From contig BPGA01000001.1 of NCBI GenBank assembly GCA_026002795.1, positions 90,001-122,000 of the forward strand: DNA of 32,000 bases, written 5' to 3'. Positions within the stretch are counted from its first letter, which is position 1. Each line of letters begins with the position of its first letter. The notes under the pieces are model-generated. The model was given only the letters and a program-made list of their open reading frames with translations, was not told where the DNA came from and made no database searches. The stretch is from Candidatus Saccharimonadota bacterium. Lineage in GTDB: Archaea > Nanobdellota > Nanobdellia > Pacearchaeales > GW2011-AR1. The position numbers and the translations under genes are program-made. Positions 13,789 through 22,376 of this stretch are shown here, piece by piece.

Positions 13789-16305
13789 ATGAAAGAAGAA
13801 GGGGTTATTTTTATTAAATGGTTTTCTGAACTTGATAAGAATTCTGGTGGTGTTGCTGGAGGAAAAGGGGCTAATCTTGCAGAAATTTATAATTTAGGGA
13901 TTAATGTTCCACCTGGGTTTGTTGTAACAGCGCAGGCTTATAATTATTTTATAAAAAATTCTGGAATTGATGAGAAAATCAGGCAACTTCTTTCTAAAAT
14001 AGATTATGAAAATACAAGAGAGCTTACAGAAGTTACAGAAAAAGTTCGAGAATTGATAACTAAAGCAGACTTTCCTAAAAATATGGAAGAAGAGATAATT
14101 GAGGCTTATGAAACTCTTTCTTTAGAAGAAGGAAAATTTAAAGGAAAAACAGCAGAGGTTATTGTTGGAAAAGCAGAACCAATTTTTGTAGCTGTAAGAA
14201 GTTCTGCAACAACAGAAGATCTTGCTGAAGCTAGTTTTGCAGGACAGCAAGAGACTTTTTTGAATGTTAGAGGGAATGAAGAATTGCTTGATAAAATTAA
14301 GGAATGTTTTGCTTCTTTATTTACTGCAAGAGCGACCTATTACAGACATAAAAAAGGATTTAAACATGAACAAGCAAGCCTTGCTGTTGTTATTCAAAAA
14401 ATGATTAATTCTGAAAAGTCTGGTGTTATTTTTTCTAAAGATCCTTCAACTGGAGAAAAAAATGTAATAATAGAGGCTGTATTTGGTTTAGGAGAGGGAA
14501 TAGTTTCTGGAAAAATAACTCCTGACAGGTATATTGTTTCTGGCGAGAGCTTTAATAATTTTGAGATAAAAAAAGAAATAATATCTAAAAAAAAGATAGC
14601 TATAGTTAGAGGTGAAAATGGAAAAGATTTGATTGTTAAGCTTAAAGAAAAAGATTCCGAAAAAAGGGTTTTGAATGATAAAGAGATTAAAGAGCTTGCA
14701 TTTATAGCCTTAAAACTTGAAAAGCATTATCAAAAACCACAAGATATTGAATTTGCTATTGAATCAGGAGAAATTTATGTTGTACAGACAAGACCTATAA
14801 CAACTCTTGAAAAAAAATATGAAAAAACACAAACAGAAATAAAGGGAGAAGCTATTCTTACAGGAATAGCTGCTTCTCCTGGTATTGGTGTTGGAAAAGT
14901 AAAAATTGTTAGGAGTTTAGAAGATTTAAAGAAAATTAACAAAGGTGATGTTCTTGTAACAACAATGACAAATCCTGATATGGTTGTAACAATGCAAAAG
15001 TGTTCTGCTATAGTTACAGATGAAGGTGGTTTAACAGCTCATGCTGCAATTGTTTCAAGAGAGATGGGAATTCCGGCTGTCGTTGGTACTGAAGAAGCAA
15101 CTTCAAAACTTAAAGAAAATGAAGTTGTAACTGTTGATGGATTTACTGGAAAAATTTACAAAGGAAAAATTGCAGAAGCAAAAGAAAAGGAAATTAAAGA
15201 AGTAAAGTCCAAAACAAAAACAAAAATTAAAGTTATAATTGATTTGCCTAGTTTCTCAAAAAGAGCAGCAAAAACAGGAATTAAAAGTGTTGGACTTGCA
15301 AGATTAGAGGGGGTAATTGCAGAGTCAGGAAAACATCCGCTTTATTTTCTTGAAAAAGGAAAAATAAAAGAGTATGAAGAACTAATTTACAAAGGCTTAA
15401 AAGAGCTTTGTGAGCCTTTTGATGAAATCTGGATAAGAACATCTGACATAAGAACTGACGAGTTTATTAATCTTGAAGGAGCTCCAAAAGAAAAAGAAGC
15501 TAATCCCATGCTTGGAATGCACGGAATTAGATTTTCATTAAGAAATCCTGAAATTCTTAAAGCAGAACTTTTAGCAATGAAAAAAATTTCAGACTCTGGT
15601 AAAAAAATCGGTATTATGGCACCACAAATAATCTCTGTAGAGGAGATTAATCAGCTTAAAAAGTTTGTTAAAGAAATTAATTTAAATGCAAAAGTCGGAG
15701 TTATGATAGAAACTCCTGCTTCTGTTCAAATTATAGAAGAACTTTGTAAAACAGGAATAGATTTTGCGTCTTTTGGAACAAATGATTTAACTCAGTACAC
15801 TCTTGCTGTTGATAGAGGAAATAAAGAGGTACAAGATCTTTACAATGAAATGCATCCTGCTATTTTAAAACAACTTTCTTATGTTATAAAGGTTTGTAGA
15901 ATGTATGGTGTTGAATCAAGTATTTGCGGACAAGCTGGAAGTAGAAAAGAAATGGTTAAGTTTTTAGTTGAAAATGGAATAAATAGCATAAGTGTAAATG
16001 CAGATGTTGCAGCTGAAATAGCAGAGTACATTGAAAGTCTAGAAAAGCAAATAAATGAAAAGTACGAAAAAGAAAACCAAAAAGAATCTGATAAAGAAAT
16101 TTTAAAAAAAGAAACAATAATTAATTTAAATCAGAATTTATCAAGCGAGAGAATCAAAGAAGAAATTAAAAAAGAGTTAGAAGAGTTTCCCATAGTAAGA
16201 GGAGCAGAATGGCCTTTAGAGGAAAGCTATTTAGATGATTTTAAGAGCGATATTGTAAGCGATATTGAAAAGGAAAAAGATAATGATGTTTCTTACATTT
16301 TTTAA
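13789..16305 (+). CDS. ppsA: phosphoenolpyruvate synthase (pyruvate, water dikinase)
   Basis: Motifs seen: GGKGANLAE, PPGFVVT, VAVRSSATTEDL, TDEGGLTAHAAIVSREMGIPAVVG (phospho-His loop), GTNDLTQYTLAVDR. There is also a K/E/D-rich C-terminal extension of about 80 aa. Confidence 0.93.
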   Translation: MKEEGVIFIKWFSELDKNSGGVAGGKGANLAEIYNLGINVPPGFVVTAQAYNYFIKNSGIDEKIRQLLSKIDYENTRELTEVTEKVRELITKADFPKNMEEEIIEAYETLSLEEGKFKGKTAEVIVGKAEPIFVAVRSSATTEDLAEASFAGQQETFLNVRGNEELLDKIKECFASLFTARATYYRHKKGFKHEQASLAVVIQKMINSEKSGVIFSKDPSTGEKNVIIEAVFGLGEGIVSGKITPDRYIVSGESFNNFEIKKEIISKKKIAIVRGENGKDLIVKLKEKDSEKRVLNDKEIKELAFIALKLEKHYQKPQDIEFAIESGEIYVVQTRPITTLEKKYEKTQTEIKGEAILTGIAASPGIGVGKVKIVRSLEDLKKINKGDVLVTTMTNPDMVVTMQKCSAIVTDEGGLTAHAAIVSREMGIPAVVGTEEATSKLKENEVVTVDGFTGKIYKGKIAEAKEKEIKEVKSKTKTKIKVIIDLPSFSKRAAKTGIKSVGLARLEGVIAESGKHPLYFLEKGKIKEYEELIYKGLKELCEPFDEIWIRTSDIRTDEFINLEGAPKEKEANPMLGMHGIRFSLRNPEILKAELLAMKKISDSGKKIGIMAPQIISVEEINQLKKFVKEINLNAKVGVMIETPASVQIIEELCKTGIDFASFGTNDLTQYTLAVDRGNKEVQDLYNEMHPAILKQLSYVIKVCRMYGVESSICGQAGSRKEMVKFLVENGINSISVNADVAAEIAEYIESLEKQINEKYEKENQKESDKEILKKETIINLNQNLSSERIKEEIKKELEEFPIVRGAEWPLEESYLDDFKSDIVSDIEKEKDNDVSYIF

Positions 16306-16321
16306 TTTTCTTTTCTAAATA

Positions 16322-16331
16322 TTTATAAATA
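16322..16331 (+). promoter_or_regulatory. TATA box TTTATAAATA, 29 nt before the ATG at 16351
   Basis: Identical sequence and spacing to 9520..9529. Confidence 0.45.
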
Positions 16332-16350
16332 ATAGAAGGTTTTAAATTCA

Positions 16351-16974
16351 ATGAAAGGAAAAAAAGAGGCTTTATTAAATCAGGATAATTCTGAAAAGAA
16401 TAAAGAAAAACCTATTGAGCGGGTTTCAAAAACAAAAAAAGAAAAAAAAGGAAAAGTTACAAAAGTTAGGTATGAATCAGTAAAGGAAATTAAAGTAGAC
16501 AGAGCTTTGGTTGAAAATTTTGTTGACCTGCAAAAAGTTTTAGTAGCTCTTTCTTCTAAACTTGACAAACTTTCAGAAAGGCTCTCAAACTTCTTATCCC
16601 TTTTAGAAGAATCAGCTAAAAATTTTGCTAAAAAAGAATTTGAATCTGCTTCAGAAAAAGAAGAAATGAAGAAAATTTTAGAGAAGCTTGACAAGCTTTC
16701 AGAACAAGCAGGGCTTATTGGTAAGGGCCTTGCTTTAATTCATGAAGCAAATCTAGAAAAAACTTCAAAAGAAAGTTATACTCAAACAACAACACCTTAT
16801 AAACCATCTTTAGTTATTGAAGAAAAAAGCAGGCAAATAGCTCCTACAAACATAAACAAATTTCAAGAGCAAAAACTAAATATGCAAAATCTAGAAATAA
16901 ATAAAAAATTAGAAAAGGAAAAACAAGAAGAAAACAAATCAACTGAAAAAGATAATTTTAGGGTATTTAGTTAA
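16351..16974 (+). CDS. hypothetical K/E-rich coiled-coil protein
   Basis: ORF track, 207 aa. It contains an internal repeat of KLDKLSE (SSKLDKLSERLS and LEKLDKLSEQAG). Confidence 0.6.
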   Translation: MKGKKEALLNQDNSEKNKEKPIERVSKTKKEKKGKVTKVRYESVKEIKVDRALVENFVDLQKVLVALSSKLDKLSERLSNFLSLLEESAKNFAKKEFESASEKEEMKKILEKLDKLSEQAGLIGKGLALIHEANLEKTSKESYTQTTTPYKPSLVIEEKSRQIAPTNINKFQEQKLNMQNLEINKKLEKEKQEENKSTEKDNFRVFS

Positions 16975-16991
16975 TTTATAAAAAATTAAAA

Positions 16992-17669
16992 ATGAAAAGA
17001 GCTAGTTTTAAAGAAAAATTTCTTTTAAGTTTAGTAAAAGAATTAATAAAAAACACAAAAAGTTACAAAAGAACTTTTATAGAAATAGAAGTTAAAAAAT
17101 TTCTATCACAATATGAAGAATATGAGAAAGAAAAAACAAAAGAAGAGGCAAAAAAGAAAGATGAAGGAATTAGCTCTTTAGTTAGAGAGAAAATGCAAGA
17201 AGAAAAAGAGAGAGTTATCGAATTAAAAAAAGAAGAAAAGCCTTTAAGGCTTTTATTTGAAAAAAGCGTTCCAAAAATAAAAATTCCTGAATTAATTCTG
17301 CCTGAAACTTTTCAATATTTAAAACCTATACCTCTTAATCTTCCGTATGAAATAAATTTAAAAAAATTAGATCCACTTATAAAAGATCCTTTTGTCAAAA
17401 CTATTGAATGTCCTGGCCCTAACTCTGAAATTGTTGTAGAAGGAAAATTCGGAAGAAAAAGAACGCAGATAAAACTTACAAAAGAAGAAATCGATGAAAT
17501 TTTACAGATTTTTTCAAGTTTAACAAAAATACCTTTAATTGAAGGTCTTTATAAAGTTGTTTTTGGAAATTTAGAGTTATCAGCATTAATTTCTGAAAAA
17601 ACTAGATTCAGAATAAGAAAATTGTCTTTTATTGGTCAGACATTTAGTCCAAAACCTATTAAGAGGTAA
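16992..17669 (+). CDS. stand-alone N-terminal domain of a FlaI/VirB11/TadA-type secretion or filament ATPase. It ends right after the IRK motif and has no Walker A or B.
   Basis: The segment LDPLIKDPFVKTIECPGPNSEIVVEGKFGRKRTQIKLTKEEIDEILQIFSSLTKIPLIEG...RFRIRKL follows the remembered family pattern DPL..DP.VxDI..nG...v.V...g....t.i.f..eEl..ii..ia...g.pi......FtIRKf. The ORF stops 15 codons after IRK. The next gene is convergent. Confidence 0.6.
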   Translation: MKRASFKEKFLLSLVKELIKNTKSYKRTFIEIEVKKFLSQYEEYEKEKTKEEAKKKDEGISSLVREKMQEEKERVIELKKEEKPLRLLFEKSVPKIKIPELILPETFQYLKPIPLNLPYEINLKKLDPLIKDPFVKTIECPGPNSEIVVEGKFGRKRTQIKLTKEEIDEILQIFSSLTKIPLIEGLYKVVFGNLELSALISEKTRFRIRKLSFIGQTFSPKPIKR

Positions 17670-17688
17670 ATTTATTGCATGTTTTTTG

Positions 17689-19107
17689 TTAAAAACTAAT
17701 GTTAACTCCTGTTAAACTAGAAATTTCTGTTGTTTCTTGTTTTTTAAATCTTGATGCAAGATCTTTTAACCACAAATTTGTGTCTTTTGAGATTAATTTT
17801 TGAAGTGTTTCATTGTCTATGTTTTTGTCGTAACTAAATTCTATCCATTGATTCCCTATTTCATATCTTAAAATTAGTCTGTTGTTAATTTCTCTTGCTT
17901 CTTTAATTTGAACTTTTGTACTTCCAAACTCTCTTTCAAGAATCTCTTTTTCTTCAGCTGTAAGTTCATTAGTTGAATTAAGAATTGTAAAGTTTGTATT
18001 TGTTGTAAGATTAGTTAAACTAGTTTCTTCTTTAGTTAAGCTGCTTTCTTCTTGTTGCTTTTCTGTTTTACTTGTTTGATTAGCTGTCTCGTTTAATTTT
18101 AAAGATCCTTGTTCGAGAGTTGTTGTTAAATAAATAAGTTCTGTATTGTTTGATTTAAGGGAAATTTTTAAACTGCCTGGTTCTAAAAAAAGACTAAGTT
18201 TAGATAGGTCAATTTCTATGTTTTTTGTTTTATTTCCAAGATAATCTTTACCAAAACCTTTTTCTGTTTCAAAATAATTTGTTGAAACTACAGCATTATT
18301 TTTTTCCAAAGAAATTTTAATCTCATTATCATCTAAAATTTTTGAGTCTGTTCTTACGCTTCTTGGTTTAAGTTCAACTCTTTCATTTTCTTGTAATTGA
18401 TAACTAAAATTTTCTAATGCAGAAGCCTCTCCTTGAATTTCTCTCTCAAATTCTGCAACAACATTTCCTGTTATTCCTAAAAAATTTCCTGTTGTTCTAA
18501 AAAAGTTAGAAATAAAGTTTCCTGTAATTGGTGTTTCTTGTTTTTGCTGTTCTAGTTGTTGCTCCTGTTGTTGTGTTTCATTGGTGTTTTCTTCTGTTTG
18601 TGTTTTGTTTTCAGATAAAACAATTAAAGTAAAATAAACCTTAGGAAATATCTTTTTTTCTCCGGGAATTCCATAACCTAATCCGCTTCCCGAGAGCTCT
18701 GCTCCTTCAATATAAAAGTTTCCGCTTTCTTTTTGTTCTGAGATTATGTTTTCTAAAGGATATTCTATAATTTTTCCATTATTATCAAAAGATATTTTTG
18801 TATCTTCAGGCAATAATTCTCCTTCTTTAAGTTTTATGTTTAATTTGCCTTCTAAAGGCTTTCCCTCTTGATATTTTGCTTCTAAATCAATAAGTGCTCT
18901 TCCTGTAATTCCTTGATTTTTATTTAAAATAAAAAAAATAACTAAAAAAATAACTAAAAAAGCAGCTAAAAAAATAAAAAAATTTATATTAAACTTTTTT
19001 CCAGGTCCTTTATACTCTGTTATAACTTTATCTCCTACTCTTTTACTTTCATAAATATATGGACCATAAATCTTATCCCCTCTTTTAATGTACTTTTTGT
19101 ATGGCAT
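17689..19107 (-). CDS. membrane-anchored extracellular protein with a cytoplasmic N-terminal YGPY-type module
   Basis: ORF track, 472 aa. The N-terminus is MPYKKYIKRGDKIYGPYIYESKRVGDKVITEYKG, followed by the TM helix FFIFLAAFLVIFLVIFFIL. The ectodomain is long and Q/E/T/N-rich with many N-x-S/T sequons. Confidence 0.75.
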   Translation of the reverse strand: MPYKKYIKRGDKIYGPYIYESKRVGDKVITEYKGPGKKFNINFFIFLAAFLVIFLVIFFILNKNQGITGRALIDLEAKYQEGKPLEGKLNIKLKEGELLPEDTKISFDNNGKIIEYPLENIISEQKESGNFYIEGAELSGSGLGYGIPGEKKIFPKVYFTLIVLSENKTQTEENTNETQQQEQQLEQQKQETPITGNFISNFFRTTGNFLGITGNVVAEFEREIQGEASALENFSYQLQENERVELKPRSVRTDSKILDDNEIKISLEKNNAVVSTNYFETEKGFGKDYLGNKTKNIEIDLSKLSLFLEPGSLKISLKSNNTELIYLTTTLEQGSLKLNETANQTSKTEKQQEESSLTKEETSLTNLTTNTNFTILNSTNELTAEEKEILEREFGSTKVQIKEAREINNRLILRYEIGNQWIEFSYDKNIDNETLQKLISKDTNLWLKDLASRFKKQETTEISSLTGVNISF

Positions 19108-19110
19108 TTT

Positions 19111-19119
19111 GTAGGGTAA
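19111..19119 (+). promoter_or_regulatory. third perfect GTAGGGTAA motif, 3 nt from the start codon of 17689..19107, followed by the palindrome CCTAAA-ata-TTTAGG (19124-19138)
   Basis: The sequence at 19101-19138 reads atggcattttgtagggtaactaacctaaaatatttagg. Confidence 0.3.
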
Positions 19120-19227
19120 CTAACCTAAAATATTTAGGATACATTATATTTAAAGTTTAGCATAAAAATATATACAAAAAAGAATAAATAATATAACTAA
19201 AAAAGAATAAAGAAAAAATAAAAAAGA

Positions 19228-20235
19228 TTATAATCCACAATTTCCAGCTTCCCAGATTGAAAAATTCTCACCAGGGTTTATATTTGGAGGAGGAGGAGTA
19301 TATTCAAGATCATCTAATAGTACTCTTAAGTAACTTATATTCTTAGTAGGAACATAATCTGCAAAATTAATTTGAAAGCAGCGGCCTTCTGCAGAGTTGC
19401 TGAAATTGACATACTTTCCAACGTATGCTGAAATAGCCACATCTGATTTTGGAAGATCTTGGCTATCAAAGTAGATATCATTCCAAACAGAGAAAATAAC
19501 TCCTGTATCAAGTGGAGGGTCTAAAATGCAACCTCCAGAACCATCTGGACCAAATCCTTGCTTACATACACACGTTTGTGTACAGTGTGCTGGTAAAGGT
19601 GTTCCATCACATTCATTTCCATCATTAATGTCTGTTTCATTCCAAACACCATCACAAGAAGCTGGCGCTGATCCTCCTCCAGTACCACTGCCTCCTGTAC
19701 CTCCATTGCCTCCTGTTCCTCCTGTACCTCCATTGCCACCAGTACCTCCTGTTCCTCCAGTGCCTCCTGTGCCTCCTGTTCCTCCAAGAGAGGAGCTTGA
19801 AATCATAACTCTGTCTGTAACATCTCCAATTGTTTCTTTAGAGTTCACTTCAAAAATAGGAGCAACTGAAACATGTGTTATGTTTGATATTCCTCCAACT
19901 TCTTCATCTGTAAATAAAAATGTTGTAGATTGTAATTGAGGAATATTAGTGTTCTTTGTTTGTGTTTTTACTGTAGTAGAGCTGTTCTCAAAAATAAAAT
20001 AAATACCTAAAAGATTTCCAGAACCAACACCCCTTCTAACTTCAACAACAACATTATTGCCTTCAATATATGCTTTTTTAATGCTTAAGTCAATAGCAAA
20101 CCTCTCGAGAGTTATGCTTTCAGATCCGCTAGAAAGAATATTTCTAATAACAACCCAAACTATAGAAATTGCAATTATTGAGATAAGCATAATAAGTAAA
20201 GTAGTAACAACAGGAGAAAGTCCTCTTTTTTTCAT
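19228..20235 (-). CDS. archaeal type IV pilin-like protein (class III signal peptide) with a Gly-Gly-Thr repeat linker and a Cys-rich C-terminal domain
   Basis: The N-terminus MKKRG|LSPVVTTLLIMLISIIAISIVWVVIRN fits the archaeal prepilin signal (K/R-G then S-P-V and a hydrophobic helix). A (GGT/GGN)n run follows. The C-terminus contains CDGVWNETDINDGNECDGTPLPAHCTQTCVCKQGFGPDGSGGC. Confidence 0.8.
   Translation of the reverse strand: MKKRGLSPVVTTLLIMLISIIAISIVWVVIRNILSSGSESITLERFAIDLSIKKAYIEGNNVVVEVRRGVGSGNLLGIYFIFENSSTTVKTQTKNTNIPQLQSTTFLFTDEEVGGISNITHVSVAPIFEVNSKETIGDVTDRVMISSSSLGGTGGTGGTGGTGGTGGNGGTGGTGGNGGTGGSGTGGGSAPASCDGVWNETDINDGNECDGTPLPAHCTQTCVCKQGFGPDGSGGCILDPPLDTGVIFSVWNDIYFDSQDLPKSDVAISAYVGKYVNFSNSAEGRCFQINFADYVPTKNISYLRVLLDDLEYTPPPPNINPGENFSIWEAGNCGL
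19672..19785 (-). repeat. tandem 9-nt (Gly-Gly-Thr/Asn/Ser) coding repeat, about a dozen units, with a 27-nt higher-order unit
   Basis: The plus strand reads (cct cct gta / cct cca ttg / cct cct gtt)n. The segment cctcctgtacctccattgcc occurs twice, at 19691 and 19718. Confidence 0.85.
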
Positions 20236-20295
20236 TTATAAAAAAAATATCTAATGTTTATAAAAGTTTAGAAAATAAAAATTGAAAAATAAAAA

Positions 20296-20748
20296 TTAAA
20301 AACTTCTACTTTGTGTTGTCTGGCAAAGTTGCTCATTTCCAGAAGCATCAATAAAGTAAGGTGTAAACTCTATTCTTGATGCGTTCAACAAAGATGTCTG
20401 TAGTTTTGCAGATTTTGTTTCAAGCTGATTTATTTTACTTCCGAAATCAAGCACTCCTGTGCTAGTAGTTCCATTAAACAAAACCACTTTTACTCCACCA
20501 ATATCTCCTCCACCAGCACCTCTACGTAAAGTTACTGTATAGTTACCAGTTTCACCAGCAACAGGATTAACACTTACAAACTCTAACTGAATTGCAGCGC
20601 ATTGTGTTGTTATATCAATTTGCTCTGAACCTTGCTCAACAAGATTTCTAATAACCACCCAAATTATTCCAATTGCAATTATTGTAAGCAAAATTATAAG
20701 CAAAGTAGTGACAACAGCTGACAAACCTCTTTTGTTTTTTTGGTACAT
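20296..20748 (-). CDS. archaeal type IV pilin-like protein (class III signal peptide), short paralogue
   Basis: The N-terminus MYQKNKRG|LSAVVTTLLIILLTIIAIGIIWVVIRN is nearly identical to that of 19228..20235. Both share the segment V.L/V.RG.G.G. Confidence 0.8.
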   Translation of the reverse strand: MYQKNKRGLSAVVTTLLIILLTIIAIGIIWVVIRNLVEQGSEQIDITTQCAAIQLEFVSVNPVAGETGNYTVTLRRGAGGGDIGGVKVVLFNGTTSTGVLDFGSKINQLETKSAKLQTSLLNASRIEFTPYFIDASGNEQLCQTTQSRSF

Positions 20749-20912
20749 TTTATTTTAACTTAATTAAATTATAAAATAAAATATTATTTAAAAACCTTTC
20801 TGTATTGAGAGGCTAAAATTATCTTCTACAAGTAAAAACTTAAATAAAAAGAGTGGTCAAAAGTCTTGAAAAGAATTTTAAAAAGAATTGATTTTTATTG
20901 AATTTTTGGCTG

Positions 20913-21197
20913 TTATTGTGATGGAGTTTGTTGGGTTTGTGGTGTTTGTTGTGGTAGTTGCAAACACTCTATTGCAACAAGATTGATTGTTTGATTGCCT
21001 AAAGTTAGTGGAATTGTCTGACACTGAGCAGCTCTTTGCCAAAGAGTAGTTAAAGCAATACTCACTCCTTGTTGTTGGGCGCTTACTGTATAACCTGTAA
21101 TTGCTGGCTTAATAACAAGAATATAAACAAGAATTCCTGCTAACACAACAACCAAAAAAACTAAAACACCAATCAAAATGCTTGTTTTATTTGCCAT
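20913..21197 (-). CDS. small membrane-anchored protein with a Q/T/P-rich tail
   Basis: ORF track, 94 aa. It has the TM helix ILIGVLVFLVVVLAGILVYILVI, two Cys residues and the tail LPQQTPQTQQTPSQ. No prepilin cleavage motif is present. Confidence 0.6.
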   Translation of the reverse strand: MANKTSILIGVLVFLVVVLAGILVYILVIKPAITGYTVSAQQQGVSIALTTLWQRAAQCQTIPLTLGNQTINLVAIECLQLPQQTPQTQQTPSQ

Positions 21198-21324
21198 TAG
21201 TTTTTTAATAACAACAGCTTTAAAAAACTTTCTTTATTATAATGATATTGTTTAATTAGATAATTTGAGAGATCTTAAAAGTTTAAGAATAAAATTAATT
21301 AAATTTTAATGATAAAAAACTATA

Positions 21325-21609
21325 ATGGCTCTACATAGAATAACAAAAAAGAAACTTTTACATTATTTTGAAATAACAGATAAAGCACTAAAAATTGCTG
21401 AAAATTCTGTGAGGAAAGGTAAAGAAAACGAAGCAAAAGAAATAATAAGCATGGTTAAAAATTATCTTTCTGATTCAAAATATTTTCAAGAGAAAAAAGA
21501 TTATTTAAGTTCTTTTGCAGCAATAAATTACGCTCATGGTTGGCTTGATTGTGGTGTTAGACTTGGTATTTTTAATGTAAAAGACAACTCTTTATTTGTT
21601 TTAAAATAA
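21325..21609 (+). CDS. DUF357-family protein
   Basis: AAINYAHGWLDCGVRLGIF matches the remembered DUF357 signature Ya.GwLDagvrlG. Confidence 0.65.
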   Translation: MALHRITKKKLLHYFEITDKALKIAENSVRKGKENEAKEIISMVKNYLSDSKYFQEKKDYLSSFAAINYAHGWLDCGVRLGIFNVKDNSLFVLK

Positions 21610-21651
21610 GAGTGAGAGAAAATTAATAAACTATTTTTTCTTTTTGTTTAT

Positions 21652-22338
21652 ATGAAAAAAATCGTGGTTTTAAGCTTAGGAGGTAGTCTTATAATTCCTA
21701 ATGAAATAAATTATTTATTTTTAAAAAAATTTAAAAAAGTTATACTCAAAAATAAAAAAAGATATAAGTTTATAATTGTTTGTGGTGGAGGAAGTTTAGC
21801 TAGGAAATATATTTCTTCTTTAAGAAAAGAGAGAATAAATGAAAGATTACAAAGTCTTGCAGGAATTTCTGCAACAAGAACAAATGCAAGATTTATGAGT
21901 TATTTCTTTAATTTAGATCAAGAATACGGAATTCCGCATACAATGGAAACTTTAGAAAAACATATAAAAAAAAGAGATATTGTTTTTTGTGGGGCTTTAG
22001 AGTATAAACCAGAACAAACATCAGATTCAACTGCTGCAGAGATCGCTTCTCATTTTAAAACTATATTTATTAACTTAACAAATGTTTCAGGACTTTATGA
22101 TAAAAACCCTTTAGAGTATAAGAACGCTAAATTTATCCCTAAAATATCCTGGAAAGATTTTTATTTAATGGTAAATAAGAGAAAGTATAAACCAGGCCAA
22201 CATTTTGTTCTTGATCAAACGGCTTCTAAAATAATTATGAAAAACAAAATAAAAACTTATATTCTTGGAAATGATTTAAATCAGTTAAAGGCTGTATTAG
22301 AAGGGAAAAAATTTAAAGGAACAGTTATTTTTGGTTGA
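21652..22338 (+). CDS. pyrH: uridylate (UMP) kinase, archaeal type
   Basis: Amino-acid-kinase fold, 228 aa as in archaeal PyrH. Motifs seen: VVLSLGGSLI, IIVCGGGSLARKYI, ATRTNA, TSDSTAAEIA, LTNVSGLYDKNP. Confidence 0.8.
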   Translation: MKKIVVLSLGGSLIIPNEINYLFLKKFKKVILKNKKRYKFIIVCGGGSLARKYISSLRKERINERLQSLAGISATRTNARFMSYFFNLDQEYGIPHTMETLEKHIKKRDIVFCGALEYKPEQTSDSTAAEIASHFKTIFINLTNVSGLYDKNPLEYKNAKFIPKISWKDFYLMVNKRKYKPGQHFVLDQTASKIIMKNKIKTYILGNDLNQLKAVLEGKKFKGTVIFG

Positions 22339-22376
22339 TAGACTAGTTTTAAAAACAACGCTCTCTTTTTAATTTT

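Noticed and set aside
19521-19939. A Pro-rich plus-strand ORF (PPVPPLPPV...) and an E/Q-rich alternate-frame minus-strand ORF over the Gly-Gly-Thr repeat.
   Set aside because: They are low-complexity shadows of the 9-nt repeat. The in-frame minus-strand ORF has a convincing pilin N-terminus and a continuous 335-aa reading frame.
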